From Thalia democratica (Eukaryota): a stretch of DNA of 64,000 nt. The position numbers and the translations under genes were made by a program. A model generated the notes under the pieces. It ran no database searches. It saw only the letters and a list, made by a program, of their open reading frames with translations, and was not told where the DNA came from. This document shows, piece after piece, positions 36,901 to 59,900 of this stretch (its first letter is position 1; the number at the start of each line of letters is the position of its first letter). The stretch covers positions 10,292,001 through 10,356,000 of the forward strand of contig OZ241831.1 in assembly GCA_965202585.1 (NCBI GenBank), given 5' to 3'.

Positions 36901-37537
36901 GGTTCACTTTAATACATTATAATAGCAAAAGCATTTGATATAAAAAAAAAAGAAAAAGTCTGATTTTAGAGTCAAAAAAACTATCCTTATTTATCTGAAA
37001 TACAAAAAAACTATACAAGACTGAGTTTTACAATTTACTGCAATCAAGCCTGAGTATTTCAAATAACTTAAGAAATGTTTTAGTCAAAAGTTGTGTAAAA
37101 GAAGTGTAGTATTTTAATCAAAAAACTAAAAAAAATACTTATAATAAATTTTTAATGCCTAAAAAAACCAAAAAAAGAACAGATTAAAAAATAATTTTTA
37201 GGAAAAATAAAATAAAAAAGTCCTGAGATTAAAAAACTATTCAAATTAGCTTCAGTTTTACAAAAAAAAAATCAAAATTACCATTCTAAAAATTTAAGTT
37301 TTAACTTTAATTGGGCAGAGTTTAAAAAAAATTGAAGTGCTAGGTAAATATTTTATAATTATTGGTAATATTAAAGCAGTTAAAAAAACTTATTTAAATT
37401 TTACAAGTAACATAGCCAGTAAAAAAAGCAATAACTTAATTAAAGTTTCATTTCTTATATATAGTAAAAATACTTAACTCACCATATTTGTTGTTTGGTA
37501 GTTGTTTTGGTTGTTGCCTTCTTAGTTTCTTTAGTGG

Positions 37538-37554
37538 AACTGACTTGCACGTGC
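37538..37554 (-). promoter_or_regulatory. E-box + Inr-like element of copy 2
   Basis: GCACGTGCAAGTCAGTT, identical to copy 1. Confidence 0.5.
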
Positions 37555-40500
37555 TGAGTTACTCAATATTTATACTAATTTTATTTGTGATATTCAAGCT
37601 TCAAAAAAATAGTAAAGCCAATTTTTTACCAGTGAGCAGGGACAAATATTGAAAAATCCACTTTGTAAACTTAAATGAATCGTAGCTTTTCGAATTTTAA
37701 TTTAAGCTTAAGACTAATTTTATTATTTTTTTATGGTAAAAATAGTCTTTACATTTACAGCTATATTTATATATGTTTTCTATAAATATTTTAAACCTAG
37801 GTGTTTGTAGCTACAAACAGTTAATTAATTTTTTGTTAGTTTGCCAAAATATATTGTAAAACTTTATGTTTTTAGTAACTAAAAACAATAAGTACTTGTT
37901 TAGTCTGATGCAACTTTTAAACTACTTACAGAATCTAGTTGTGTCAAAAACTATATACAACTATGTAACTGATAAAAATAAGTTTTTACTCAAAATTAAT
38001 TTCTATATAAATCATAGATCCTTTCAGGTTTAGTTTCTTATTAGTCATTTTTCTCGCCAGCAGGAATACAAGAATTAAAAAGAATCTGAACACTGAATTA
38101 CTGTTTGTTTCAATTCAAAATTCCACACTTAAGCTTCAGTAATTATGAGGTGATAACTTTTATGTAAGTGGAAAATTATTGCAGTTGCCATAAAGAATTG
38201 TTTTAATTCGTTTTAGTATTTTTTACAACCTTGCGCCGTAAAGCATTTAGCTAAAAATTGTTTTATAAATTTGGAATTTTTATAAATTTGTTATTTTTTT
38301 ACAAATCCTTAGTAAGGTTAGCTATCATTGCTCCAAGAAGAGTACAGAGCTGATAATTGAACAACTGAATTTAAGTAAAAAGTTATTTTTTGCAAGCAAG
38401 TTGTTTTCAACATTTTTTTATAATACTCGAAGTCCTTAGTAAATACAACTTAATAATTTTCATAATGTTTTCGTTTTGAACAAGTTTTTTAAAATAGTTT
38501 GTAGAATTACAGTGCAAAGATTTATAACGTACTAGTTGTAATCAAAATTATTTACACTTTGTCTTATTAAAATAAAAGGCTTTCGACATTCAATTTCATG
38601 ATGGCCCTGTTGGCAGAATTTTAAAACAATCGTCCTTTTATTACTAAGCAACCCATTTACTTTTTCTGATAGTCAAAATCCTCGCCTACTTTGGGAAGCC
38701 CTAATTTAGATAACAACTCAAAGTTTAGCTTTGTTATCAAACTTCTTAATAGTTGATTTCAGTAAAAGCTTTAGGGTATTTTTCAAACACTAGAATAGTA
38801 AAAATGATTTATAATTTATTCAAAAAAATAATAGATCATGTTTTTAAATCTTTTATACTACGTTATTACTAACTATCATTTTTATACAAACTTTTCTGTA
38901 TGATACCATAACAATTTTAAAGAACTATGCAAGTTTATATTGTTAATTACCATTCAATTACTTTCAAATAATCGCTCATCTTTTATATGTACTTATTTTG
39001 ACTTTTTTGATCTTAAATATAAGTAAAAGAAAAGTCAGCAAGTTATATCAAATACTTGTTTTAAATATCAATAAATTATCATCTAGTTTCAATACAACTA
39101 GTAAAAATTACTAAATCTTTTTTTATATTTTCTATTTTGTTATTCGTTTCTAAATGTTACCAAGAGTCTTTTTATTTAAAAATTAATTCGAAAATTTAAT
39201 TTTAAGTTGTACTGACAGCAAATTTAAAAAAAAACCTTTAAAAGTCTTTTTATTTAGAACTGTTACGTTAAAGTATGCTACAAAGTAAAATACTTCCGAT
39301 TGCTTTGTAAATTGATGATACGAGAAAAAATAAGAAGAATTTCATTTATTTTGTAGCATGCATTACGTAGCGCATTTAGTAGAAAGTGTTTTTTTATATA
39401 TAAAAATAAAAATTCAGTCTGTAAAACTTGTGTATTTAGGAAAATTATAAGCTCTTTTTTTCAAAGCTGACAATATCAGTATATTTAGACATTGATTGTT
39501 GTTTACCATTTAATGGTGCTAAATAACAGTTAGTAACTGAGTTTCTTGATAAAATATAATGTTTAAAGGATGGTTAATAAAAGAGTCAGATCAGTTTTAA
39601 CAATAAAATAAAATAATTTTGAGCCATTGATTTTTTTAGAAAATCTAAAAACTCTAAAGTTAAGTTATAAGTTTTATATTATTTTTAATTTTTTTCTTCT
39701 ACCTATTTTTTATAATTATGTATACTTTACAAAATGAATTTTATTGTAAAAATTCTTTATTTGTTTATAAAAAGCTTAAATAGAAGTAAATTAATTAATT
39801 TATGATTTTAAAAAACTTTAGTTTATTGAAAAAATCAGTCATGCTGGCAACTTTAAGTACTACAATTTGTACAGAAATAGAAAAAGTGCAGCACTTTTTT
39901 AAGTTTAATTTTTTTTATTTTATATGACTCGTTTTGGTTTTAGATTTTAAAAACGATAACGTTGTAAATATTTCTGTAATTTTTGAACTGCTGTTATTTT
40001 ATTTGATACGTTTAAATACGGAAGTTTCAAGTGATCAATAGCAGTATAATAAAAAATATGCTAGAAGAATAACTCAAGATAAAAAACAATTTAGATTTTA
40101 CAAAAAAAATTTTCTGAATTCACCAAAAATGTTAAACTTTTGTAATAAGTAAATATTTGAAAAATAAGTTGAAAAAATTATTTTATAAGTTGTTTTTATT
40201 AGAAAGAGTACTGTAAAAACTATTGAGATGACAATTTCAAATAGCTTAATTAAACAGATAATTAAAAAACATTTCTCACAAAAACTAATTATCACCGTTT
40301 AAACCAACTAGCCTCTAGGATAGATTAAAACCTTTAACTGAAATTCAAAAAATTGTTTAAACAACTTCGCATTTAAGAGTTGAATATCTTGATTTAAAAG
40401 TTATTATTTTTATTAAAGTAAAGTTAATTAGAAAACTATTATTGGTAAGAAAATAAGTCTTTTTGTAGAAAAAATATAAAACAGCATCTTAGAAAGACAA

Positions 40501-43409
40501 ATAGAGTCTATTGAACTTCTTAACACTTTTCCACTTTGTATTTCCTTCATAGAAGTTGGATACTATTACAAACTAACAAAATTTTAAAAATAACTAGTAG
40601 AAAATTTCAAAACTACTTAAAGAAAAAATAATATTAGTACTACAGTTGTAAGTTTAAGCTAAAATTATTTTCCAACTATTCTATTTTAATAATATATTTT
40701 AAACTGATGAGCTTCATAACTACATTAACTTATGAAAAATTATCTCCTAAAGTTTGTTTAAATTGCTGAGAAGTAAACCTAATAGTTTCTAAATTACAAA
40801 TTAGTACAAAACAACACAATTTTTTTAATTCTTCTGTAAACCGTTTTGTTTTAACAATTTATATTTTTTTATAACAAAAAATACTCTTATTCATTAACGT
40901 TATGTTTTTAAAAATTTAAATAGTAGTTAAATATAGTGTTCAACGACAGCCTAAATAAATAATAAAAACTATTTTTTTTTTGTGCTTAAGCAATGTTATC
41001 AATATCATCCTAATTAAAAACTAAAAGCTAACGTTCTTAATCAAGTAAATGTTTGTATTTCACAGATTCTGTTAATATCTTTAGATGAAAAATAAACTTT
41101 TATTTCATTTTCTATTCAAAACTTAAAAAAAAATTTAATAAGAATTTAAAGAACTTTATTATTGAGATTGATTTATGGTAAAGTTTAAACTTTAGTTAAG
41201 TTTCAAAACCAATATAAAAACAAGAATAATAATAAAAGCTGTATGTAGCTTTCTTTTTTTTCCAGTTAATTTTCAAAGTAAACATTGCTTTAATAAAAAT
41301 GTAGTTAGTAGCAGATTTGGTAAAATGCTAATAGTTACTATGGTAATTCAGCAATGAAGCGTATAAACTTTGGTTTGTTTTAAGTTAGTAATTTCACGCT
41401 CGAGTAAACAAAGCAGAGCTTTTTAACATGTCTGGTTAGTAGTACTACGTGAGCTTTAAGTTGAGATGCATTTAAATGTAGCTAAATCGTGACGTAACTA
41501 TTGAAAATTTAAACAATTTTGTACTTGTAATAGCTACGAAAATTTGAAATTTTCTTGAATGATTTTTATAAAAACTTTTAGTTTTAAGAAAATAGTAGCT
41601 ACATAAAAACTTTTTAAGAGCATGCACAAAACCTGTATTACGGAGAACTTAAGACTTAAGTTTTGAAGTTGGGTTTTCTGAAGTGCGGGCAGGTACGAGC
41701 TTATTATCTTTAGTTTTAATCTTTAGTGTTTATTGCTAACAAATCGGTTTTGAATTAGTCCAAGAACTTTTGGTTCATTTCAGTTTGTATAGTGCGTATA
41801 ACTTAAAAAACAACAGCTTTGTTTTGTACTCGTTGGTAAATTTAAAAACCAGAATTGTATTGTTAATCATACTTTTTTCTTTAAATTTTTTATACTATCT
41901 AACAAGGTTTCAAACATGATATAATGTTGCAATGCCAACTGAACACTCATTCAACGTTTGCTTGTTTTACATTAAATGAAACGCTCTATTAATTTTGATA
42001 ATTAACTGTAAGACTTAAAGATTAACAAATGACATGGCATGTTATTATAACTACCTTTAAATGTAAATATTAAAACAACTTTAGTCTTTCAATCACTAGA
42101 TGCAATAAGATAAATAATTATTGAAACTTAAGTAATGACACAATGTATAAAGCAGAAGTTATTAGCATTTTCTAAGTTGCCAGCCAATTTTTTTGTGAAA
42201 GTTGTTAATACTTGTAAAAATTAGAAATTCACTTTTTGTAGCTTTATACTTCCGTTTTATTTTTTGTTTGTTTCTTTAATCGAAAGCTTGAAGCTCAAAC
42301 TTTTTTAAAAAAAAGTAAGGATAAAATACCAAAACAAAATTCTTTCTGGCAACTTAGTTCTGCAGGCACACTTATTTTAAATAATTATAGTAACTAATTT
42401 TATATGCTGTTTTAAACCACACTTTTGATAAAATAAGCACAAATAAAGCACTAGATTACATTTATTATTAGATAAAGAGCCTTACTGTAGATATAAATAA
42501 ACCTTTAAATAAAGTATATGCTTTTAGCTGAAATGTATCTTGTAGGCTGCAGACTTTTGTTGTTTACCGACCCCTATTATAAAGTGTAATTGTTTATGTG
42601 GGGTTCAGTTTATAAGCAATAGTTTTTCGAGGATTGCATTTTAATTGAAACAAACAAGCGTTTTATTGGTATTCAGAACTTTTTTCTAACCACTGACAAG
42701 TGATAACCGTAAGATAAAGTGTTAGAATTTTATTGGTATTAGTGTAAAAGTTCATACACGTGTGTCAGTCTTATATGAACAGTAAATAATTAAACTGTTA
42801 GAAACTACCAAAATCTAGGTTTGAAATAGTTAAAGACTAGAATTACTAGAAAAAAAAAATGGAGACTCAAAAATATGGTCAAAGTACTTATTGTATAGAA
42901 AGACCATTTTATTATCTAGCTACGCACTACAGAAAAATATTCAAAAAGAAAAAATATTTTATAACTGCAAGTTTTTGATTTTTGCTACTCGATTTAAAAA
43001 AAAAGATTTGTCCTAAACTTAAAAAAATGAAATTTAGAGTCCTTTTTGTTGATGTGATGGAAATCCCCCAATATTTGCTGAGTCAGCATTAAAAAAAAAG
43101 TTTTAATTAATTTTTGATATGTATGGGTAAGGTGGGTTAGGGTAAATATAAAGAGTAAAAATATTAAAAAAAAAGATGATTCAGCAAATAGTAGGGGAAA
43201 CACCTTTGCTTTAAAATCGGACTCTTAGTTTTAGTTTACTGAATGGCTTTTTCAATATTTGTCCTTGCTTAAAGTTAAAAGCCAAAAAAGAATTTTGTGA
43301 AGACTGAATATCAAACAAGAAATTTTGATCTGCTGTAGCTTTAGCTGGTTACTTGCATTGAACTACTCAAGAAGTCAACATCTAACTACTAGACAAGTAA
43401 ACAACAAAT

Positions 43410-53121
<9,712 letters not shown>

Positions 53122-53412
53122 AGTGGACTTTCTAGTATATTTAGGCAATTTCATCTGTGCTATTTATTCGCTTGGATATTGCAATAGATTTGTGTAGTTC
53201 CAGTTTTAGAACTTGCCTTGAGATTAAATTCTTCATTTATTTAAAACTAGTTGTTTGTTGTACTAAAAATATAATTCAAATATTTCTGAATTAGTTATAA
53301 AATTCTGTTTCTAATTCAAATCTAAGTAGACCGCCCATAGCTTTGATCTGAAAAAGCAAAATTACGAAAGAATGCTGAACATAAAAATTTAAAATTTTTA
53401 TATGATGTTTAG

Positions 53413-53435
53413 TATATATATATATATATATATAT
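53413..53435. repeat. (TA)n microsatellite
   Basis: About 11 TA units seen directly. Confidence 0.85.
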
Positions 53436-53698
53436 GTTTAAATTGGTTAAAACATTCTTTCTTATATTAAGACTCCTTTTTTGCATATTACTTATGCGTT
53501 GACCAATAAGCCCAAATTTCGTAAATTTTTTTGACTAATGTTTTCACTTTCCTATCATTTGAATAGTTCTTACTGTTGTGAAAACCCTTCCTAATTTTTT
53601 TAACCAAAACATCAAGATAATTTAAAATATAGCTTTTGGATCGCAGTATGTGGTTCCTAAGATTTCACTTTATACTGAAGTAAGCAACTATCTATTCG

Positions 53699-53922
53699 GT
53701 GGGCTAGTCAAAAAATATATCGTATAATTAAGATTTTTTATCTTCATCAAAAATTTTTTTTGTTAAAAACTCATTTAACGTAACTTTACAGTATCTTTTC
53801 AATGTTTTTCTACTATTTAACACAGTTTCTTATATAGAAATTTACTTAAAACTGAAAATAGACGAAAAATTGTGTACTTTTAAAAACCTAAAGGAAATTT
53901 GGAAAAATTAAATGCAATCCTG
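53699..53922. mobile_element. Degenerate/partial member of the 6-bp-TSD MITE family
   Basis: Shares GTAACTTTACAGTATCTTTTCAATG and GTACTTTTAAAAACCT with other copies; ends GCAATCCTG. Confidence 0.55.
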
Positions 53923-56900
53923 TATCTAGTCGGTAAGCTTGGTTTACCAGAAAAATAATATGCTGGCTAATAGTTACTATTAACAACAACGCAGGCTACG
54001 TGGTTTTCAAAACCTTGATATTCTGAAACTCATGTCAGTTTCATGACTTAATAATAAAATCATGTGTCAAAAGTAATCCCTCCTGCAAAACTAACTCTTC
54101 TTACATTTTTGACACCTACCCGAAATATTCGTATATCACACCGTTACAAAGCTACATAATTATATTATTGTGTTCAAAGAAAAGTTATATAAGCATCCGA
54201 GGTTAGTATAACATTTTCAGGGTTCCCACCTCCCTATAAATCCCTAGAAAAAATTGGGAAATATCTGAAGATTTTCAGAAACTACGTCATTTTTGGTTGT
54301 TCATTGAAATATTTAAGCCAAAATAGTAACACTGCGTGGTAATGCGTGTAAAAAGTTAAATCTAAATCTTTTTAATCACAGTACAAAATCGACTCTATGG
54401 CGTTACCTAGCGGATATTTTTTCTTAATTATATTAAAAACAATATATCGAGAGTTTGCTAGCTAAACTAAAATTAGAGCTCATTAATACTCTAAATATCG
54501 TAAATTTCTATTAAGACTGCTTCTAAACGGTTAATGACTTATTTTATGTACCTTAATATATGTTCGTAACGTTTAAAATTATTTTTTTTTGATAACTTCC
54601 TTGTAAATTGCTACATTTTATGGAATTTCATAGAATTTTTTTGAAATTACGTAGGTACCCTACATTTCACATGGTGACCGCTATCGTTAAACAAAATTGA
54701 TTGCTTATAGATTTTTTAACATAACAAAAGTGCCTCTGAATCGTATGTAAACAATTTTTTTAAGATTTAAGCAAATGTTTTACTTAATTACAATCTAGAC
54801 TATCTAACATTTTTTAAATGCACCCTTTGAAAAAGCAATAACTTACCTACCCCCACATCTAAAAAAGTCACTGTGCGGAACTTTTTTTTTTACTGTAGAT
54901 TAGGGGGCTAACTAAATCAAAACTTAAAATTATTACTTTTAAAACAAGCTATTTTCGCTGTTATAGTAATATTTTTATATTACTTAACTAAGTTTAAAAG
55001 TATCACACTAAAGGGTTTTTTAAATACTTGTAAATTTTTCGCACTCACTAGTAAAGTTACCACACCCCGCCACTGGCGTCCACTTATAAGCACTGTCTAA
55101 GTATCTAGCTATATTTTAGAATTTATAAAAGTAAACTTATTGCATATCCATTTCTAGACGTACTTGAATGCTTTTTACGATCACAACCAGTAAGATACAG
55201 ATCAAAACCTATAAACTACTGGTAAATTAAGGTTCTTCAATAGTGTTAAGAACTTGAATTATAACAAATGTTTATTGAATGAATTCATCGTCGCTTCGTA
55301 TATGTTAGTCAAAACTAATTAATTAAAACAACACATCTGTAATTTAGAAAAATGAATTTGGTCACTAATTTTTTGATAATAACATTAATGGTTCTAATGT
55401 TAAAATTGAATATAAATGATTAGTTTACTGAACAATAACAAAACAAATTGAAAAAAGAAGAAGATGACAAGTGTTCTACTTCAGGGTTTCCGAAACTCAT
55501 TTTCATCAACGCCACTTTTTCAGTAAACTGAAAAATGATCGCCCCCACTCATTGCCACCCAGGAATATCTAGTGTAAGTTTTGAATTTCTCATGAAATGT
55601 TGTCAGTACCTCCTTACATGACCCCTTTTTACATCGTGTCCCTCCCCTCATTTGGAGCTTATTGCCCCTGACTTCTTTTGATGACCCTATGGGAGCCATA
55701 TAGATCACTTACAGCTGCAGTTATCAATATTTATATAGTAATATTCTTTATACGGTAAGCTGGTAACATATTCCAAACTTGACTTTCTTTTTTGAAGTTC
55801 AACTCCTACTTTAAATGTTTTAATTTTGAATATACTTTAGCTAAAGTTAATAAAATATTATAGCAATTAAAAACGGTTTGATACCTTGACTAACGTTTCT
55901 TTGTGGCTACTTTGACTTTGTTTTATGATTCCAAACTTAATTAGGACTACTAATAGGATTGTTTATTTCGATATATAAATTAAGCTAATGTGAATTTTTT
56001 TTAAAGTCTAAAAATATTTTTTATTTTTCTAAGTTTGGGCTTAGATTTCATTTGTATTTTGTTAAACAAGTCGTTGAGTACATTTTGAATACAATTTTTC
56101 ACATTAAATATACTATTAGTTTTCATTATTTTTTCTTTCTTTTTATCATTTTTTTTTTGTTGAGGTTAAAAAATTCAGTTTTAAAAAAATAAAATTTATT
56201 AGCTTGTGATAGATTTTAAAAGCACATGGTGTACGACTTGATAAATAAACGGTTTCTTTATACACCAGGTCCTAAAACTAAACTTTTAAGCGCTTTTCTT
56301 TAAAATAAAAAACATCCGTAAATCAATTACTGCAAAAAACTTAACTTTTATAGTAACTGCATAGCTTGGCAAAACATAAAAAGAAGATGTCTCCTATTTA
56401 TTTCATTCATGAAAATACTTATTTTATATGTTTAATTCGTAATACATGTAGGTTAAAAGTGGTTATTTAGAAAGGACTATTTAAAAGTATAAATCAGCTT
56501 TATATTAAATCAACTGACCATGGCTCCATAGGTAATCTATAATTATATTATCAGTTCAGGAATCTTCTTTTATAGTATAAGTTGATTTTATAGCACTATA
56601 AAAATATTTATATATATTAACGTCTTATTTAAATGCTAAACACTGAAAAGCTTAGAAAGTAGGTTTTTGATTATCTAACATGGACGGCATAAATCTGGCC
56701 CAAACATTGAAAGAGTTGTTGACTTTTTATTACTTGACTTTTCAAAAAACAGTTTATGTGCAACATTATTTACGTTTCACAAAGCTTCATCTTGCTATTT
56801 ACAATGCAATTGACAAGTTTTAAAATAAAATGTATCTTTTTAAATCTCATTAAACTTAAGTACTTTTATAAACATTTTAAAGCTTGAGAACTTTACTGAT

Positions 56901-59900
56901 TTACACTTGAGTTGTTTTATCTTTTTGAGAAGTTTTTTATAATTTTTAATGTTAAAAAATACAGTAGTAAAAATTACTGTGGATGTATAGTTGCTAAAGA
57001 GTTTTACTGTTCAAGGTTGAAAGATCGTTTGAATGATTAAAAAAACGAAACTATGAGACAAAAGTTGTGTTTAACTGTCCAAAACTTATTAATTTGCTTT
57101 ATTGTACAAAATTTTGAAAAATTTACTAAGTAAAATATGAATATGCTGACAATTAAAACGAAAGTAGGTTGCTTTTGAACTCGAACGAGACTTTTTTAGA
57201 GTCATGTCTAGATCCAAACTATTTCAGCTTTCTTTTAACTATAAAATGTTTTAATCCAAAAAAAAAAAAAAAAACAAATAGTTACAATCATTTAAAAGAT
57301 TTGTTTACAACCCATCTTGTCCGATTTTATTTTGTTCAATTTTAGTCAGTGCGAGTTAAAGAACTAAGTCAAAATTTAGTTTCAAACAACAGTAACATTT
57401 AATAAAAATATTAAGTTTAACTTGTTATATGTATACTTTAGTCATTTTATTAACTACTTAGACTTTACAGAAGTTCATCAAAAAAACAATATACTGTTAT
57501 AGTTTTTATTAATAGTTTTTAAATTCACTAAAATAAATAAAAACTTCTTTTAAATTTATTTTACTTGGGCAAAACTTTAGAACAATTTAAATTCACATTT
57601 AAATGAGTGCGTTTTGATAGTTAAAACTAATGACACAGAAAGTTTATAAAAGTTTGGTTGTAAAAAAATTATTAAGAGTTGCTGTAATTAAACTAAATCA
57701 GGTACAATATTAATGAATTTTTAATATTTTTAATTATCATAATAAATTCAACAAAAGTAGTAATTAAATACAACTTAATTGCTTTCCATTATGGAAAAAT
57801 AAAGTTTTTGGTGGGATGAAATTTAAATATCTAGTCTGCAGATGTCAAAAGTATGAAGCTTAAAAAAAGAGGAAATTTTCTTCTCTAAATCTTTAGAATA
57901 TAGTGAATTAAATAATTTAAAAGCACTTGAGTACGCATATTTTTTTCTTTCAAAACAATTTATCAAGCTTCGATACATGTCACGAAAATTCTTACAAAAT
58001 TTCACTTTTTGGAAAAAACATTAAAATGTATCCGTGTTGTGCGACTCGATAACCGTAAGGTTCTTCGTGCACTATGGTCCTAGGACCAAATATTTTGAGT
58101 GTTTTTTTATCGTTCAATAAACTATATATTTAATTTTTTTAATGAAAAAGAGTTTTGTTTTCAAAATTTTGTAGATTAACTCTTTTAGATAACTTTTTCA
58201 TTGGCTACTTTCTGAAACTTTGCAAAGATTTTTATAAATATTCTCAAAATTACCTCTTATAATAAAAAATAACAGTTGTACTAGATAAACGGTGTAGTGA
58301 CAAATAATAAAGGTATAACTACATTAAGCATTTAAAGTGATAGAACACTATGAAAACAATCAGTACTTTAGATGAAATAAGTCTCATTTAAAAGGTTTTG
58401 AACTTTTGTGAAACCTTATGTTTCTTACGCACTGGTCAATATTAGTTTAACTTTTGACATTTCGAACAGCTGAGAATGTTGTCAACAAACAAGTTTTTAA
58501 AAAGTTAGAAAAAAGTTAAGTGAAGAAAATAATTAAAATCTTATACTAGTGTGATAAGAGTTTTTCAAAACTTCATACTCATATATTTTTACTGGAGTAC
58601 AGAACTCCCTAGAAAATATTTATCAAAAACTAATCTTAAAAATCTTAAATAAAAGTTCAAGTGGTTAATCTTAAGTGATGTGTAAACAAATCAACATTAG
58701 TAATAAAGTTAAAACTCTTGTTTACTTTTAGATTAAAAAGAGTAGTTTTTTCTTTCATACATTTTTAAAACGAGTTTTAGTATAAAATTATTTAAGGTAT
58801 CTTTTATGTTAAAAGTACATACAATTTAACAAATATTAAACTAAATTAATATTATATATTATAATGAGTATTACTATTTTTAATTTTTAACATCTAAATA
58901 TTCGACTAGAGATTTATTTGAATCATTTTCTCCTTACAACAAGTAAACTTAAATTAGACATAACCTAAAAAGAATTTAAAGGATATAAACGTGTATTTTT
59001 ATGTAAGCATCACGGGTGAGCTGAGAATTTGATATAAACTAAATAAAATTCAATCGTTGGCATGTTGAACTTTTTTTTGACGCCAAAAATGATAAAAAAA
59101 GAAGAAAATCTTCGGTTGCTTGAAATACTGTTTTATTTACAAAAAACTGAACATTGTAAAAACATGATTTGTTAGTCTGACTTATAAACAGTTAGTATCT
59201 TTTTTCACTATGTCAACATTATGTTTAAATTCTTCTTAAATAAGGTTAAATGAAACAAAAAAACGTTTTTATTGAAAAAAGTGCTAGTGCTTTCCTAAAA
59301 ATCACACGTGTTAAAAGTTTATGTATTTCAAGTATATTAAAAACAAATTCAATAGTCTTACTATGGTTTTTAGTGTTCTTCTGTAAATAGATTTCAAACA
59401 ACCTATTATCAATTTAAGGTAAACTATATGAAGCAACACTTCTCAACAAGTTTCTTTTAATAAATATTGATAGAAAGTACCTTTGACCAAGTTTACATTA
59501 GAAAATGATATTAGTTTTTAAATGCAAACTTGTTTCTTTTTGTAGGTTTTCTATGATTTTATAACTAGCAGTTAAGTTTGTTTGTTTTTTAAGCTTATTT
59601 GATAACTAGTTGAACTAATTTGCCAGAAAGAATAAAACTTATTTAATTTTTACTTAGTTAAAAAAACAAAATTATCCATTAAGTTAATTTTAAAACAAAT
59701 AATAAAAGTTTACTTATCATTGACATACCTTGTATATACAAAAAGCATACTTAAATCCTAGTAGACTTTTTTAGACTTACTTTATTGCAAGTTTAGTATT
59801 CAACTTCGCTTTCAATTTTTATTATAAGCAATAAATGTATAAACAACATATGTACAAAAGTTGTATGCTTTATCTAAAGAAGCATATATATATTAAATTT

